From a virus (taxonomy: Duplodnaviria > Caudoviricetes): DNA of 64,000 bases. The notes under the pieces are model-generated. The model saw only the letters and a list, made by a program, of their open reading frames with translations. It was not told the DNA's origin and made no database searches. Position 1 is the first letter of the stretch. Every line of letters starts with the position of its first letter. The stretch is taken from positions 1,956-65,955 of the IMG/VR virus record IMGVR_UViG_3300010883_023988; one strand, 5' to 3'. Both the position numbers and the translations under genes were made by a program. Shown piece after piece: positions 10,183-19,664 of this stretch.

Positions 10183-13100
10183 TGTCGATTGGTGGACAAC
10201 AACTAAATTACACAGCTATCGACGATCACCGCGCCGATGACCTCGGCGATGGTTCCCACATCGTAAGTGCTATCATTGTAGCGAACGAAAACGGTTACGG
10301 CGAAGGCTTAGTTGAGCCTTGGTACGAGCATACTAATTGGGTCAATAATAATGGTTTCTGGACCCAATCCGACAAAAAAAATCAAGCGTTTTTTAATGAT
10401 TCTGGTCTTGATAGAGACCTCGTAGGGTTTTGGGCATATTACAATTGGGAGCAAATAATTGGTACAATTACCCAGTACTATAATGATGGGTTAGACTTTC
10501 GCAATTTAGGTGGGAAAACCGTGGTTCCGGCTTGGACGGGTGCGAGTTTATTCGGAAATATCAAGGCTTTCTTTGCTAATTTTCTTGTTTGTAGAATAAT
10601 TCACTCTAGCGAGGTTATTTTAGTTAGGAGGCCGTTGGCAGCAATTCCTAGAGATGGACAAGGGATGCCTACCGATACAGAAGATTTTGTGATTTTCAGT
10701 GACGTCTACATGAAGAACGTTACCGTCACAAAACTAAAACCAAAGCAAATCCTTAAACAGCCCTACTCTAAAGGTGAAGAAATTCTTATTCAAAAGACCG
10801 TACCTTGGCAGTTTGGCACTCAACATCTTCCTTATGAAATAAACCCTATTACTCAAGAGTGGTACACAGACAAAAAAGCGACGAGCAACTCGGCTCTAGC
10901 TTATTTACCTGAGCAATTCATTACTAGATGGCTAGAGAACATGCCTCTTAACTACAGAGACGGAAGCGGTACGATAGTTAATCTTCTATCACAAAGTTCG
11001 ATGTATCCAAATTTAAATGGTAATCTTGTTGACGGAAACCACCCAGATATAGTGAAGCATACTGTTTCAACGGATTGGATGCAAGAAGAGGGTAGGGAAA
11101 TGGAACCTGTGAAAGAGGAGAAGTCTGATTCGACCACTACTGCTCCCCCAACTACCGCTCCCCCAACTACTACTACCACTACGGGTGCTCCAGTCCTGTG
11201 TGAGGGTTGCGTTGTGTGTTGGGAAAAAAATCGACCATGCTCGCCCAACTTCTCCAGTGATGGCCCGAATGGTCCTAGACTAGGTGAAGCTAGAATTACT
11301 TGGATAGAAGATTTTGACCCCAATGGGAATTGCGCGCTCAATGGCGCGAAAGCTCTTGAAGCATTTGACAATTATGGAGATAAGATTTGCGATTTAAAAT
11401 ATGGCCACAGTATTGTCGACCCTACTGGCCAAACAGATTTGCCTTCGAGTTGCTCATCGGATTTCCAAGGGTCAAAAATGGCTTGGAACGACCCTCGACT
11501 GACTAGGAGCAACAATCCCAATGCTATTCGGAATTATACCAATAGTAATAATCTTGAAGGGTGCTCGGGTGAGCATGGAAATGTTTATTATGACGCTCAA
11601 GGCCCTTACGGGAAAGGATTATGTCCGACTACCACCTCGGCTCCTACTACTACTGTCACTTGTTGCCCCCTATACCAATGGCAGCATTCCTGTAGTCCAG
11701 ATGGTACAGATTATGCGCTCGGAGATACGGTTTGGACGAAGGCCTTCGGTGATCCGTTGTACGCTCGTACAGAATGCTGGGTAGTAATAGACGAAGAATT
11801 AGTAAATAATAATCCCTTTGGCAACCCAGTAGGTTATTGTTATGCTCCTCCAGCGGTAGGTCAGGGTTGGGAGCAATGTAATTGTTGCCCGATAACGACC
11901 ACTACCTCGATTCCTACTACTACTACTCCCCCGACTACTACTACTCCCCCGACTCCTACTACTACTTGCGATCCATCCGATCCAGCGTGCACGACTACAA
12001 CTGCTGGCCCGACGACTACTACGACTGCTGGCCCGACGACTACTACGACTGCTGGCTCGACGACTACGACAACAGGGAACCCAAATATTTATGAATGCAA
12101 TGGATGGTGTAAACCTGATGGTAACGGAGGTTTTATCGAAGGTGGCGTACCATTCGGGCAAGAGGGGGAATTTGTAGCGCACTACTTCCGCCAAAATAAG
12201 CCAAATTTAACAGTCTACAGTAACAACGATGAAGCTAACAAAGCTGGCATTTTTGCAATGGACATTTCCGCAATAGGAGCTGCGGACGCGAATGTTTATA
12301 ATGGATGTTGCACGTCATGGTTCGATGTCACCGAATATACTCAGGACCCCGCCACCGCCTATGTAGCAGAACAATACGAAGGCTGCGGGTCTTGCTTTGC
12401 TGGAACCAGCACAACGGGAACGACCTCTTATCCGTATTCACTTTGGAACGGTACGAGATGTGATGGTAGCGGGACTATTACATTCCAAGGTGGGACCTTC
12501 GGTTATCCTCCCAATGTAAATGACCCTAACACCCCAACGCTGATTTGGAAAATTTGCAACGATGGTCGGTATGGCGAGCCCAAGGACTGTCTTTGTATTT
12601 TTGATCCGGTGGTGCTTGACGAGTTAGGAAATCCAGCTTGGATCAAGAAACAAGTTTTAGTGGGTAGTGGCTCAGGGGATTGTAATAGGTGCGACCCAGC
12701 GACTACCACCACTTTCACGACGATAACTACCGGAACTACCGGAACTACCGAAGCGCCAGGAACTACCACCACTTGTAATCCATACGCAAGAATGTGCATA
12801 GAGGTAAAAGACGGAACGTGCAGTGAGGGGGACGGTGGTGACGATCTTGCGAACACTTTTGAAGGTATATATGAACCATACAAGTGGGACGTCCCAGGCT
12901 GTAACGGAAAAACCGGCTATTTCTTCGTATGGAAGAAAGCGGGAGGTGACGTAACTAAGCCTCGGTACGTATATGGTGATGGAGATGGCAACTGGTACAT
13001 AAGTTCAAACCCTGCCACGTTTGCAAACACTGCGGTTGCGATTCACGCTGGAGACACTACAAATCCCGCTACCGTTACTGGGGAGTATTTTGCCATTGGG

Positions 13101-16100
13101 CCCTCGGCGGAAATTCCCGTGCGCGAGGGCGATGTACCAGCGGGTGTTCCATATGACAATCAGGGATGTACCTTCATCGTTGATAACGCTAACTGTCCTG
13201 CGACTACCACGTCTACTACACGGTCACCAGAGTTTGAATGCTCTAAATGCATCATCGTGTCAAACCACCAAGACGGTCCAGAATATGATGGGGTGTATGT
13301 GAGCTCCGAAGGGCGAACGCACAATGATGCACTCGTTTGGGTAAAAAATCTTGGTGAAGGATTTGGGGAGGAAGGCGAAGGGCTCCAACTGACAGTCAAA
13401 AACTTTTGGATTTATCGCCAGTCTGGCGGAGTGAATGACGGAAAATGGGTTATATCAGGTGGCGACTATGCAGACGCAGATAACCGATTCAATGGCCTCA
13501 ACCAAGACGGATCATATTCTTTTGTGAGCATAACCTCAGAGGATTGTCCGTACGACGCAACTTGGGGGGGTGACGTTAAGGTAACTGAGGGGCAATTAAC
13601 CGACGGCAAGTGCGAAAGAGATCCCTCTACTAACAAGTATCAAGGTTGGGTTTGCGAAGATCGTGGAGTTTTCCTCGAATTCGGACCTGGTATTTTTACT
13701 AGAGATGAGTTACTTCACCCAGACGCGGTGTTTAGATTGAAGTGTTTTGGCCCCAACGCTCACCAAGACGGTATCTGCATAGAAAACATAATAGAAGTTG
13801 ATGATAATGGTTACGAGCCCGACTGCTACGCGGACGTCTCTCTTGATTCCTGTGGCGAGTGTCGCGATGAGGTGTATGTATGGACGGCGAAATCGTGCTG
13901 CGATGATACTCTCATATATTTTACCAACCGAGAATATGACGCGTCAAATTATAACGCTGATGGAAGTATTAAAGATTTATGGGCCCCGACGAAGGCTGGC
14001 GGTAATGCGTTCAATAGTTGGGAAAGAAAGGGTCTCAGTCAGATCGACGGTGAGGAGTATTGGGGCGTAAACATCCTTGTTTCCGACGAAGATAAATGTT
14101 ACGATGAAATTGTAGGTCAGGGGTTGAAGAAACCAAATGTCGCAGCCAACCAAACAGAATTTAATAACAAGACTTGGAGACCCAATAGGTTAAGTAGGTG
14201 CGAGGCTTACTGGGTAGAAACCGCTCAAGGCCTCGAGGCTCGCACTATTTCTTACAAATTTTGTGATGGCATACCTGAAGAAGTGGTTGACTACCTATTA
14301 CTGTCATCTTGTTGCGGGCAGGGCAGCGATCACTCTGATGATTATGGGTGGCAGGAGACCACGGGTGCGTCTTGCGATCCCACTACTACTACCTCGATTC
14401 CTACCACTACTTGCAATCCATCCGATCCAGCGTGTACGACCACAACTGCCGGTCCGACGACTACTACAACTGCCGGTCCGACGACTACTACAACTGCTGG
14501 CCCGAAGAACTGTTTGAACTGTATTCAATTAACTGGCGACGCCTCCTCCAGCATGAACGGGAAATATCTGGCAAACCCCGAAGTAACCAACGGCAAGCTT
14601 AGTTATACTCGTAAAACAGCACCGTTTCATTATATCTGGTGGTCCAATGGTCAGTGGGAAGTTGTGAATGGCGACACTCACGTAACTGAATATATTTCAG
14701 AGGGCTCGCCTACCGACTGCGCGTATGAGGCTTCATTCCGAAAGAACACCGACATTGCCTTCAATGGTCATTGGGCGCGTTTATCTTTGGAGCCTTGTGG
14801 AGACGCGGGGACAACCACTACTACCAATGCTCCTGAATATGCTTGCGTTTGGTGTAATAAAGTAACTGGAGAAGCAAAAGAACATATTTATACAGATAAG
14901 AACGAGTGTCTTTCCGGTTGTGCACAGGAAGGAAATTGGGTTCCCCAAACACCGATATGTGGGAGGACGTCAACTCTAGACGGAATTCCAATCTCGTATG
15001 ACGTTCTATGTCCTCAACCAACCACGACAACTACAGCTACTCCTCCTATCTGTTATAGTTGCTACGCGTTCTTTGATAACGCTCTCTTTGTCAATGTGGG
15101 TTACCACAGCAGTAACGATAATTTTAGGTTACAGTGTGGATTGTATGGCGGGGTAGGTTCTTTGGCATGGGCAGCGCAAGAATTGAAGAACGAGTGCTTT
15201 CCAAATGCACTCCCTGGTGATTACCAGTTTGCGGAAGTCGAAGTTCCTTCGGGCCGTGTTGACGACGCGATTATAGCATGTGAACGTTGGTGGGATGATA
15301 ATAAGGACTGTGCCCAACTCTGGGGCGCGGGAGTTGACGCTGAGTACGAAGAGCCGACGATTCGGTCGCATAGAGGGTTGTTCCGCACCTACCCTTGCCG
15401 AAAATTTGATGTCATCGCAAGCCCAATGGATTGCAGTCAAGTGCCGACAACAACGACTACTACCCCGACTCCTACTACTACCCCGACTCCTACTACTACT
15501 TGTAATCCATCCGATCCAGCGTGCACGACTACAACTGCTAGCCCGACGACTACTACAACAGCGGAACCGTGCTCCCTGACGGAGGGATGCGAGGTGGGCT
15601 TCGGTACTAATGTCACTTGGACGGAATGGGACTCATCGGCCACGAATTGGAGGGACTCCACGCCCGCGTTGAGCAACGTATGGACGATCTGCGATGGCGT
15701 ATATAAATGCGCGTGGTGCGTTGACGCTGCTAAGGCAAATGATGGCAGTGGGAAAGGCCCATGCGAAAATTGGGGTTGGTCACAATGTTTTCAACCTACC
15801 GACCACGCGAACGGATGTTGCTCACAAGGGACAACGACGACATCGGGGCCAACGACGACTACGACACCGGCCCCAACGACAACGACGGCTAATCCTTGCA
15901 CGTCACCTATCTCAAATTGGACCGCAATTGATTATTGGGCGGGTGATCGGGTTTGCAAAACTACTTGCGATCCATCCGTGGAAGGAAGTTTGGCTTACAA
16001 GTGTACTCAATCCGTCCTCGCCTCGAGTCCGTCAGCGGACCCCTGCTACGCAATCGATAATGGTACTGGTGTTTGGGCACGCGATGCTGAATTTGATTCA

Positions 16101-16748
16101 TGTTGTGCTTCTCTAGGTACTACGACGACAACCGCGTCGCCAACAACAACAACGACAACTTCGGGGCCCGCTACGACGACTACAACTCAAAGCCCGAGCT
16201 CGTGTCCAGAATCCCTGAGAGCCTACAACTTCTCATCACCAAATACTTGGATAAATGGTCTATGGGAAAGTGATTTTGGCGGTAGCTACAATAGCAAGCC
16301 GACTTGGTCCAAGGGTACTTACAAGTTATTTTTCGACAGTGTCTCCAATAAATGGTGCGTCGCTACCTCGCTTGGCGGAACTTGTATTTGCTCGATGACC
16401 GACACATCCACCGATTGTCCGGTTGGGGGTTGGGGTTGCAGTGGCACGTTCGGCGTCCCCTACTACTCTGGTATGGTGTGTGGCGGGAGCGTCAGCGACG
16501 TCGTTTTTGAATTGTCGCTCGGAGTCTCTATGTTCTCATTTGATACTGGAACAGAGCTGTGGGGTACGGAAAACGATTACTTCATTGTCCAAGAGTCGGG
16601 TGATTCAACGGCTGAATTATGCGTAAAGGGTCCATTTACGGAAATCTTCGATACTGCGCCTGAACACGTCGCGAGCTCGCCGACCTCCATGGGAGAGTTT
16701 TACGACGGCGATGTATGCGAAGACGAAGTAAAATGCTCAGAAATCTAA
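10182..16748 (+). CDS. Giant modular Cys-rich protein with poly-Thr (mucin-like) linkers; putative virion adhesin/fibre
   Basis: 2188-aa ORF with TAATG overlap to the previous structural gene. About 12 PTTTT-type linkers separate Cys-rich modules. Four copies of a (N/D/E)G.Y/W...W beta module and two CBM5/12-like segments (DYALGDTVW; NWTAIDYWAGDRVC). No N-terminal signal peptide evident. Confidence 0.75.
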   Translation: MSIGGQQLNYTAIDDHRADDLGDGSHIVSAIIVANENGYGEGLVEPWYEHTNWVNNNGFWTQSDKKNQAFFNDSGLDRDLVGFWAYYNWEQIIGTITQYYNDGLDFRNLGGKTVVPAWTGASLFGNIKAFFANFLVCRIIHSSEVILVRRPLAAIPRDGQGMPTDTEDFVIFSDVYMKNVTVTKLKPKQILKQPYSKGEEILIQKTVPWQFGTQHLPYEINPITQEWYTDKKATSNSALAYLPEQFITRWLENMPLNYRDGSGTIVNLLSQSSMYPNLNGNLVDGNHPDIVKHTVSTDWMQEEGREMEPVKEEKSDSTTTAPPTTAPPTTTTTTGAPVLCEGCVVCWEKNRPCSPNFSSDGPNGPRLGEARITWIEDFDPNGNCALNGAKALEAFDNYGDKICDLKYGHSIVDPTGQTDLPSSCSSDFQGSKMAWNDPRLTRSNNPNAIRNYTNSNNLEGCSGEHGNVYYDAQGPYGKGLCPTTTSAPTTTVTCCPLYQWQHSCSPDGTDYALGDTVWTKAFGDPLYARTECWVVIDEELVNNNPFGNPVGYCYAPPAVGQGWEQCNCCPITTTTSIPTTTTPPTTTTPPTPTTTCDPSDPACTTTTAGPTTTTTAGPTTTTTAGSTTTTTGNPNIYECNGWCKPDGNGGFIEGGVPFGQEGEFVAHYFRQNKPNLTVYSNNDEANKAGIFAMDISAIGAADANVYNGCCTSWFDVTEYTQDPATAYVAEQYEGCGSCFAGTSTTGTTSYPYSLWNGTRCDGSGTITFQGGTFGYPPNVNDPNTPTLIWKICNDGRYGEPKDCLCIFDPVVLDELGNPAWIKKQVLVGSGSGDCNRCDPATTTTFTTITTGTTGTTEAPGTTTTCNPYARMCIEVKDGTCSEGDGGDDLANTFEGIYEPYKWDVPGCNGKTGYFFVWKKAGGDVTKPRYVYGDGDGNWYISSNPATFANTAVAIHAGDTTNPATVTGEYFAIGPSAEIPVREGDVPAGVPYDNQGCTFIVDNANCPATTTSTTRSPEFECSKCIIVSNHQDGPEYDGVYVSSEGRTHNDALVWVKNLGEGFGEEGEGLQLTVKNFWIYRQSGGVNDGKWVISGGDYADADNRFNGLNQDGSYSFVSITSEDCPYDATWGGDVKVTEGQLTDGKCERDPSTNKYQGWVCEDRGVFLEFGPGIFTRDELLHPDAVFRLKCFGPNAHQDGICIENIIEVDDNGYEPDCYADVSLDSCGECRDEVYVWTAKSCCDDTLIYFTNREYDASNYNADGSIKDLWAPTKAGGNAFNSWERKGLSQIDGEEYWGVNILVSDEDKCYDEIVGQGLKKPNVAANQTEFNNKTWRPNRLSRCEAYWVETAQGLEARTISYKFCDGIPEEVVDYLLLSSCCGQGSDHSDDYGWQETTGASCDPTTTTSIPTTTCNPSDPACTTTTAGPTTTTTAGPTTTTTAGPKNCLNCIQLTGDASSSMNGKYLANPEVTNGKLSYTRKTAPFHYIWWSNGQWEVVNGDTHVTEYISEGSPTDCAYEASFRKNTDIAFNGHWARLSLEPCGDAGTTTTTNAPEYACVWCNKVTGEAKEHIYTDKNECLSGCAQEGNWVPQTPICGRTSTLDGIPISYDVLCPQPTTTTTATPPICYSCYAFFDNALFVNVGYHSSNDNFRLQCGLYGGVGSLAWAAQELKNECFPNALPGDYQFAEVEVPSGRVDDAIIACERWWDDNKDCAQLWGAGVDAEYEEPTIRSHRGLFRTYPCRKFDVIASPMDCSQVPTTTTTTPTPTTTPTPTTTCNPSDPACTTTTASPTTTTTAEPCSLTEGCEVGFGTNVTWTEWDSSATNWRDSTPALSNVWTICDGVYKCAWCVDAAKANDGSGKGPCENWGWSQCFQPTDHANGCCSQGTTTTSGPTTTTTPAPTTTTANPCTSPISNWTAIDYWAGDRVCKTTCDPSVEGSLAYKCTQSVLASSPSADPCYAIDNGTGVWARDAEFDSCCASLGTTTTTASPTTTTTTSGPATTTTTQSPSSCPESLRAYNFSSPNTWINGLWESDFGGSYNSKPTWSKGTYKLFFDSVSNKWCVATSLGGTCICSMTDTSTDCPVGGWGCSGTFGVPYYSGMVCGGSVSDVVFELSLGVSMFSFDTGTELWGTENDYFIVQESGDSTAELCVKGPFTEIFDTAPEHVASSPTSMGEFYDGDVCEDEVKCSEI
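11947..12022 (+). repeat. Direct repeat copy 1 (encodes PTPTTT-CDPSDPAC-TTTTAGPTTTT)
   Basis: 76 nt with 3 mismatches to 15481-15556; followed by tandem 21-nt AGPTTTT units. Confidence 0.85.
14401..14467 (+). repeat. Direct repeat copy 2 (CNPSDPAC-TTTTAGPTTTT)
   Basis: Aligns to copy 1 over about 67 nt with about 6 mismatches; followed by tandem AGPTTTT units. Confidence 0.8.
15481..15556 (+). repeat. Direct repeat copy 3 (PTPTTT-CNPSDPAC-TTTTASPTTTT)
   Basis: 73/76 identical to 11947-12022 by manual alignment. Confidence 0.85.
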
Positions 16749-16761
16749 GAAAAGTTTTGTG

Positions 16762-16790
16762 TAGACCTTCCTGAATTTTTGTGATATTCT
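16762..16790 (+). promoter_or_regulatory. sigma70-like promoter
   Basis: TAGACC-17 nt-TATTCT with an extended TGn; 12 nt before the ATG at 16803. Confidence 0.5.
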
Positions 16791-16802
16791 TTAGTAAGAA
16801 AT

Positions 16803-17759
16803 ATGAGTACTAAACTTACTATAGGAATGGCCACCTATGATGATTTCCATGGAGTCTACTTCTCCATACAGGCTATTAGGATGTATCATAAGGAAGTACT
16901 GTCAGACATTGAATTTATAGTCGTAGACAATAATCCTAATGGAAGTCATGGAGAGGAGATAAGACGTTTCTTAGCACACGTTCCCAACTCCAAATATTTA
17001 TCTTTTGATAAATTCCAGAGCACCGCTATAAGAAATTTTATTTTTGCAGAAGCCTCATCTCCATATGTCCTTTCTATGGATTGTCATGTTTTCTTCGAGA
17101 CGGGAGTCCTTAAAAAGTTAATAGAATATTATACAAAAAATCCGAATACAAAAAACTTATTGCAAGGACCTCTAGTGTACGATGACTTAAAAAGTATATC
17201 TACCCATTTTGATCCCATCTGGAGAGAAGAGATGTATGGGGTTTGGGCTACCGATAAAAGAGGCGAGAATCCAGAAGCGGAAGCATTTGAGATTCCCTCT
17301 CAAGGCTTAGGCGTTTTTACTTGCAAGAAAGATTCTTGGCTTGGCTTCAATCCTGCGTTTAGAGGATTTGGGGGAGAAGAAGGGTACATTCATGAAAAAT
17401 ATAGACTTAACGGGCGTAAAGCGTTATGCTTACCCTTCTTAAGATGGATGCACCGATTCGGTCGGCCAGATGGAGTCAAGTATCCTTTGACGATAGAAAA
17501 CAAAGTAAGAAACTATTTTATTGCTTGGCTAGAGTTGTACCAAGTATCAAAAGATGGCTCGTTCTTAAAAACAATTGTAGAGCACTTCGAAGGAAGAATG
17601 TCCAAAACCGTTCTTGAACAATTATTCTCAGAAGCTAGTAGGGCAATTGGATTAAACGATGTATTTTTATTTAAGCCCAAAAATCCGTCTTTCATCATTG
17701 AGGAGGAGTCTTCGGAAGAGCAATCGGAAACGGTAAAACGAGTCAAGGTTGAAGCTTAG
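16803..17759 (+). CDS. Glycosyltransferase, GT-A fold (GT2-like)
   Basis: LTIGMATY...FIVVDNN...YVLSMDCHVFF (DxH for DxD)...GFGGEEGYI; typical GT2 architecture. Confidence 0.75.
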   Translation: MSTKLTIGMATYDDFHGVYFSIQAIRMYHKEVLSDIEFIVVDNNPNGSHGEEIRRFLAHVPNSKYLSFDKFQSTAIRNFIFAEASSPYVLSMDCHVFFETGVLKKLIEYYTKNPNTKNLLQGPLVYDDLKSISTHFDPIWREEMYGVWATDKRGENPEAEAFEIPSQGLGVFTCKKDSWLGFNPAFRGFGGEEGYIHEKYRLNGRKALCLPFLRWMHRFGRPDGVKYPLTIENKVRNYFIAWLELYQVSKDGSFLKTIVEHFEGRMSKTVLEQLFSEASRAIGLNDVFLFKPKNPSFIIEEESSEEQSETVKRVKVEA

Positions 17760-18487
17760 TTCATCGCCTTTATTCTGGCGATTAAATTAAATACTTTTGG
17801 TTTCGGAACATCTTGAATAGACTCAAAATCTTCTGCGTTTTTATACTCCTCCTTAATTAGCACGTCTTTAATTTTCTCAAAGGGTACTCCTTTTTCTTCC
17901 ATAACCTTGCCTAAAAGGTAGTGCGGGTCGCTTTGATTTGCGCCCTCGTCCCTAGAGGCAGATTTAGCCCTAGACTTTTTAGTCGCCGAGCCAACGTTTG
18001 CGCCTAACTCTTCTTGGGAGACTATGTTGATGCGAAGAAAATTCCTTACGCAACGAACGAAGGCTCTGTTTTCGGCGATGGGGCCAAGATAGAATTGAGC
18101 AAAATCATTTGTGTTGGATGGAGAGGCGTCTCCTATAGCCGAGAACGTGACTCTTCTGCCTTCCGTTTCGTAATTCGAAATCCATGAGATACTACATGTA
18201 GCGACGACATAATCTGGAGATGGGCTAGTTACGGTGTAGTCTACTTCTGTGTAGCCTCTGATTTGAGCGAGCTCCTTGATTCCTCCTAGTAAAATTATTA
18301 GCTCGTTATCTTTAAGTTTCGAGACGTCCGTCTCGTTGGTTTTATCTTTGTTCGGTACGAGCCATTTTTTTGAAATCATTGATCGCCAGTCGATGAGACC
18401 ATTATCATCAAAGATGTAGTCAACTCTCGGCTGCGTTATTAGACCAGTGTCTTTATTTCTTATGATTTCGCTTAACTTTTTACCCAT
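17756..18487 (-). CDS. Rad52/Sak-like single-strand annealing protein (putative)
   Basis: VATCSISW...VTFSAIGDA...AENRAFVRCVRNFLRINI..EE follows the Rad52/22 core pattern. Confidence 0.5.
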   Translation of the reverse strand: MGKKLSEIIRNKDTGLITQPRVDYIFDDNGLIDWRSMISKKWLVPNKDKTNETDVSKLKDNELIILLGGIKELAQIRGYTEVDYTVTSPSPDYVVATCSISWISNYETEGRRVTFSAIGDASPSNTNDFAQFYLGPIAENRAFVRCVRNFLRINIVSQEELGANVGSATKKSRAKSASRDEGANQSDPHYLLGKVMEEKGVPFEKIKDVLIKEEYKNAEDFESIQDVPKPKVFNLIARIKAMN

Positions 18488-18493
18488 ATGACT

Positions 18494-18522
18494 ATGGTAT
18501 TTTGTTTCTTTTTTTTAGTCAA
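18494..18522 (-). promoter_or_regulatory. sigma70-like promoter (leaderless candidate)
   Basis: TTGACT-17-TACCAT, 6 nt before the ATG at 18487. Confidence 0.65.
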
Positions 18523-19663
18523 GCTTTTTAAAGATGATAAAGTTTTCTAAACTGTTCCAGAACAGGGGGCTATCTTCAATGGGCAGAATCTCTCCTTTTG
18601 AGGTTATGGGAGTCCCTTTCGAATAAGAAAGCTCGCTTGGGTATATTCTAGAGTCTGATAGCGTGTATTTATTTGATTTAAAATAAACGTTTTCAATCCC
18701 GTAAGATAATATTTCTTCTCGCTCTTTCGCGTAGCTCTTCGCCTCATGTATAATGTCAATGTCGATATAGTCTATTTTCTTAGGGTCAAGTTTTTCCTTT
18801 GGCAGTCTTGAGAAAAGGTACAAGTTCAAGCCTAGCTCTTTAGCTTTTATGGCGAAGCTTGGGTCATTATCATCTTCGATAAGATAAACTATTTGAGCAA
18901 CATTTTCTTTGAAAGTCTTTAGGATGTCTGCGCTAATTGGATTTTTTGTTATAATTATAACCCTTCCAAGAGATAGTTGCTCAACTAATTTTTTTTCGTC
19001 ATGCAGGAGGTCCATTCTGAACATGATGTTCTCAGCCCCCATAGACTTTATGTTGACGGCTTGGTTTGGTAAGGTCTCCACGAACTCAACCCCGTCGAGA
19101 AATTTTTCTCCAACATAAATTGTTTCGAACGGCGGGCTGAAATCATATTTGCCGTTCAGTCCTAATAGTTCGAGAACAACTCTGCTGATCCTCTCTGGCT
19201 TTATCATCTCCTTTTCTTCAGAAACGATAACTCCAGAGCCTTTTTCGTTATCCCAATAAGGGAAATGGTAAGTTTCGTCTCTGGACGGAACTAGACAGCA
19301 GAATGGTATTCCGTAAATATTAGCTAATAGCCCAGAGGTTGAGTCGGAACAAAGGTGAGCAAGAGAGTTCTTTATTATGTACGCGGTTTGAGATATATTT
19401 GTTTTCCCTTGAAGGCTCAGTGTTGAATTGAGGGTTCCTTGGTTTGTCCCACCAACTTGTAGGATTTTTATATTTTCTTGTTCTAGAATGGGATAAATAA
19501 AGTTAATCACCTCTTGAAAGCATGAGAAGCCTAGGCGGGAATTTTCTTTTTCGATATCTATTGTTATATATCGTTCTGGGTCAATGGGCGTGAACGTCTC
19601 CCTAATAAATGGTTTAGATATCTTTAAACCCGTCTTCGTAGCTAGTTTTTCTATAAGGTGCAT
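18515..19663 (-). CDS. GT9/heptosyltransferase-like protein
   Basis: Start refined to the ATG of MHLIEK, 1 nt after the upstream stop. KILQVGG...LQGKTNISQTAYIIKNSLAHLCSDSTSGLLA resembles the GT9 C-terminal domain. Confidence 0.55.
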   Translation of the reverse strand: MHLIEKLATKTGLKISKPFIRETFTPIDPERYITIDIEKENSRLGFSCFQEVINFIYPILEQENIKILQVGGTNQGTLNSTLSLQGKTNISQTAYIIKNSLAHLCSDSTSGLLANIYGIPFCCLVPSRDETYHFPYWDNEKGSGVIVSEEKEMIKPERISRVVLELLGLNGKYDFSPPFETIYVGEKFLDGVEFVETLPNQAVNIKSMGAENIMFRMDLLHDEKKLVEQLSLGRVIIITKNPISADILKTFKENVAQIVYLIEDDNDPSFAIKAKELGLNLYLFSRLPKEKLDPKKIDYIDIDIIHEAKSYAKEREEILSYGIENVYFKSNKYTLSDSRIYPSELSYSKGTPITSKGEILPIEDSPLFWNSLENFIIFKKLD

Positions 19664-19664
19664 T

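Noticed and set aside
11881-12075. Short tandem repeats that could be mistaken for a CRISPR array or VNTR element
   Set aside because: The 15-21-nt units are in-frame Thr/Pro codons with no unique spacers and no cas operon.
10952-16626. Many alternative-frame and antisense ORFs rich in Leu, Tyr, Val or Ser/Arg runs within the giant gene
   Set aside because: They are shadows of the ACT/ACG/ACA threonine-codon repeats; no independent starts or motifs.
10182-16748. Possible eukaryotic contamination (mucin-like gene)
   Set aside because: No introns, TAATG coupling to a phage structural gene, and codon style similar to its neighbours.
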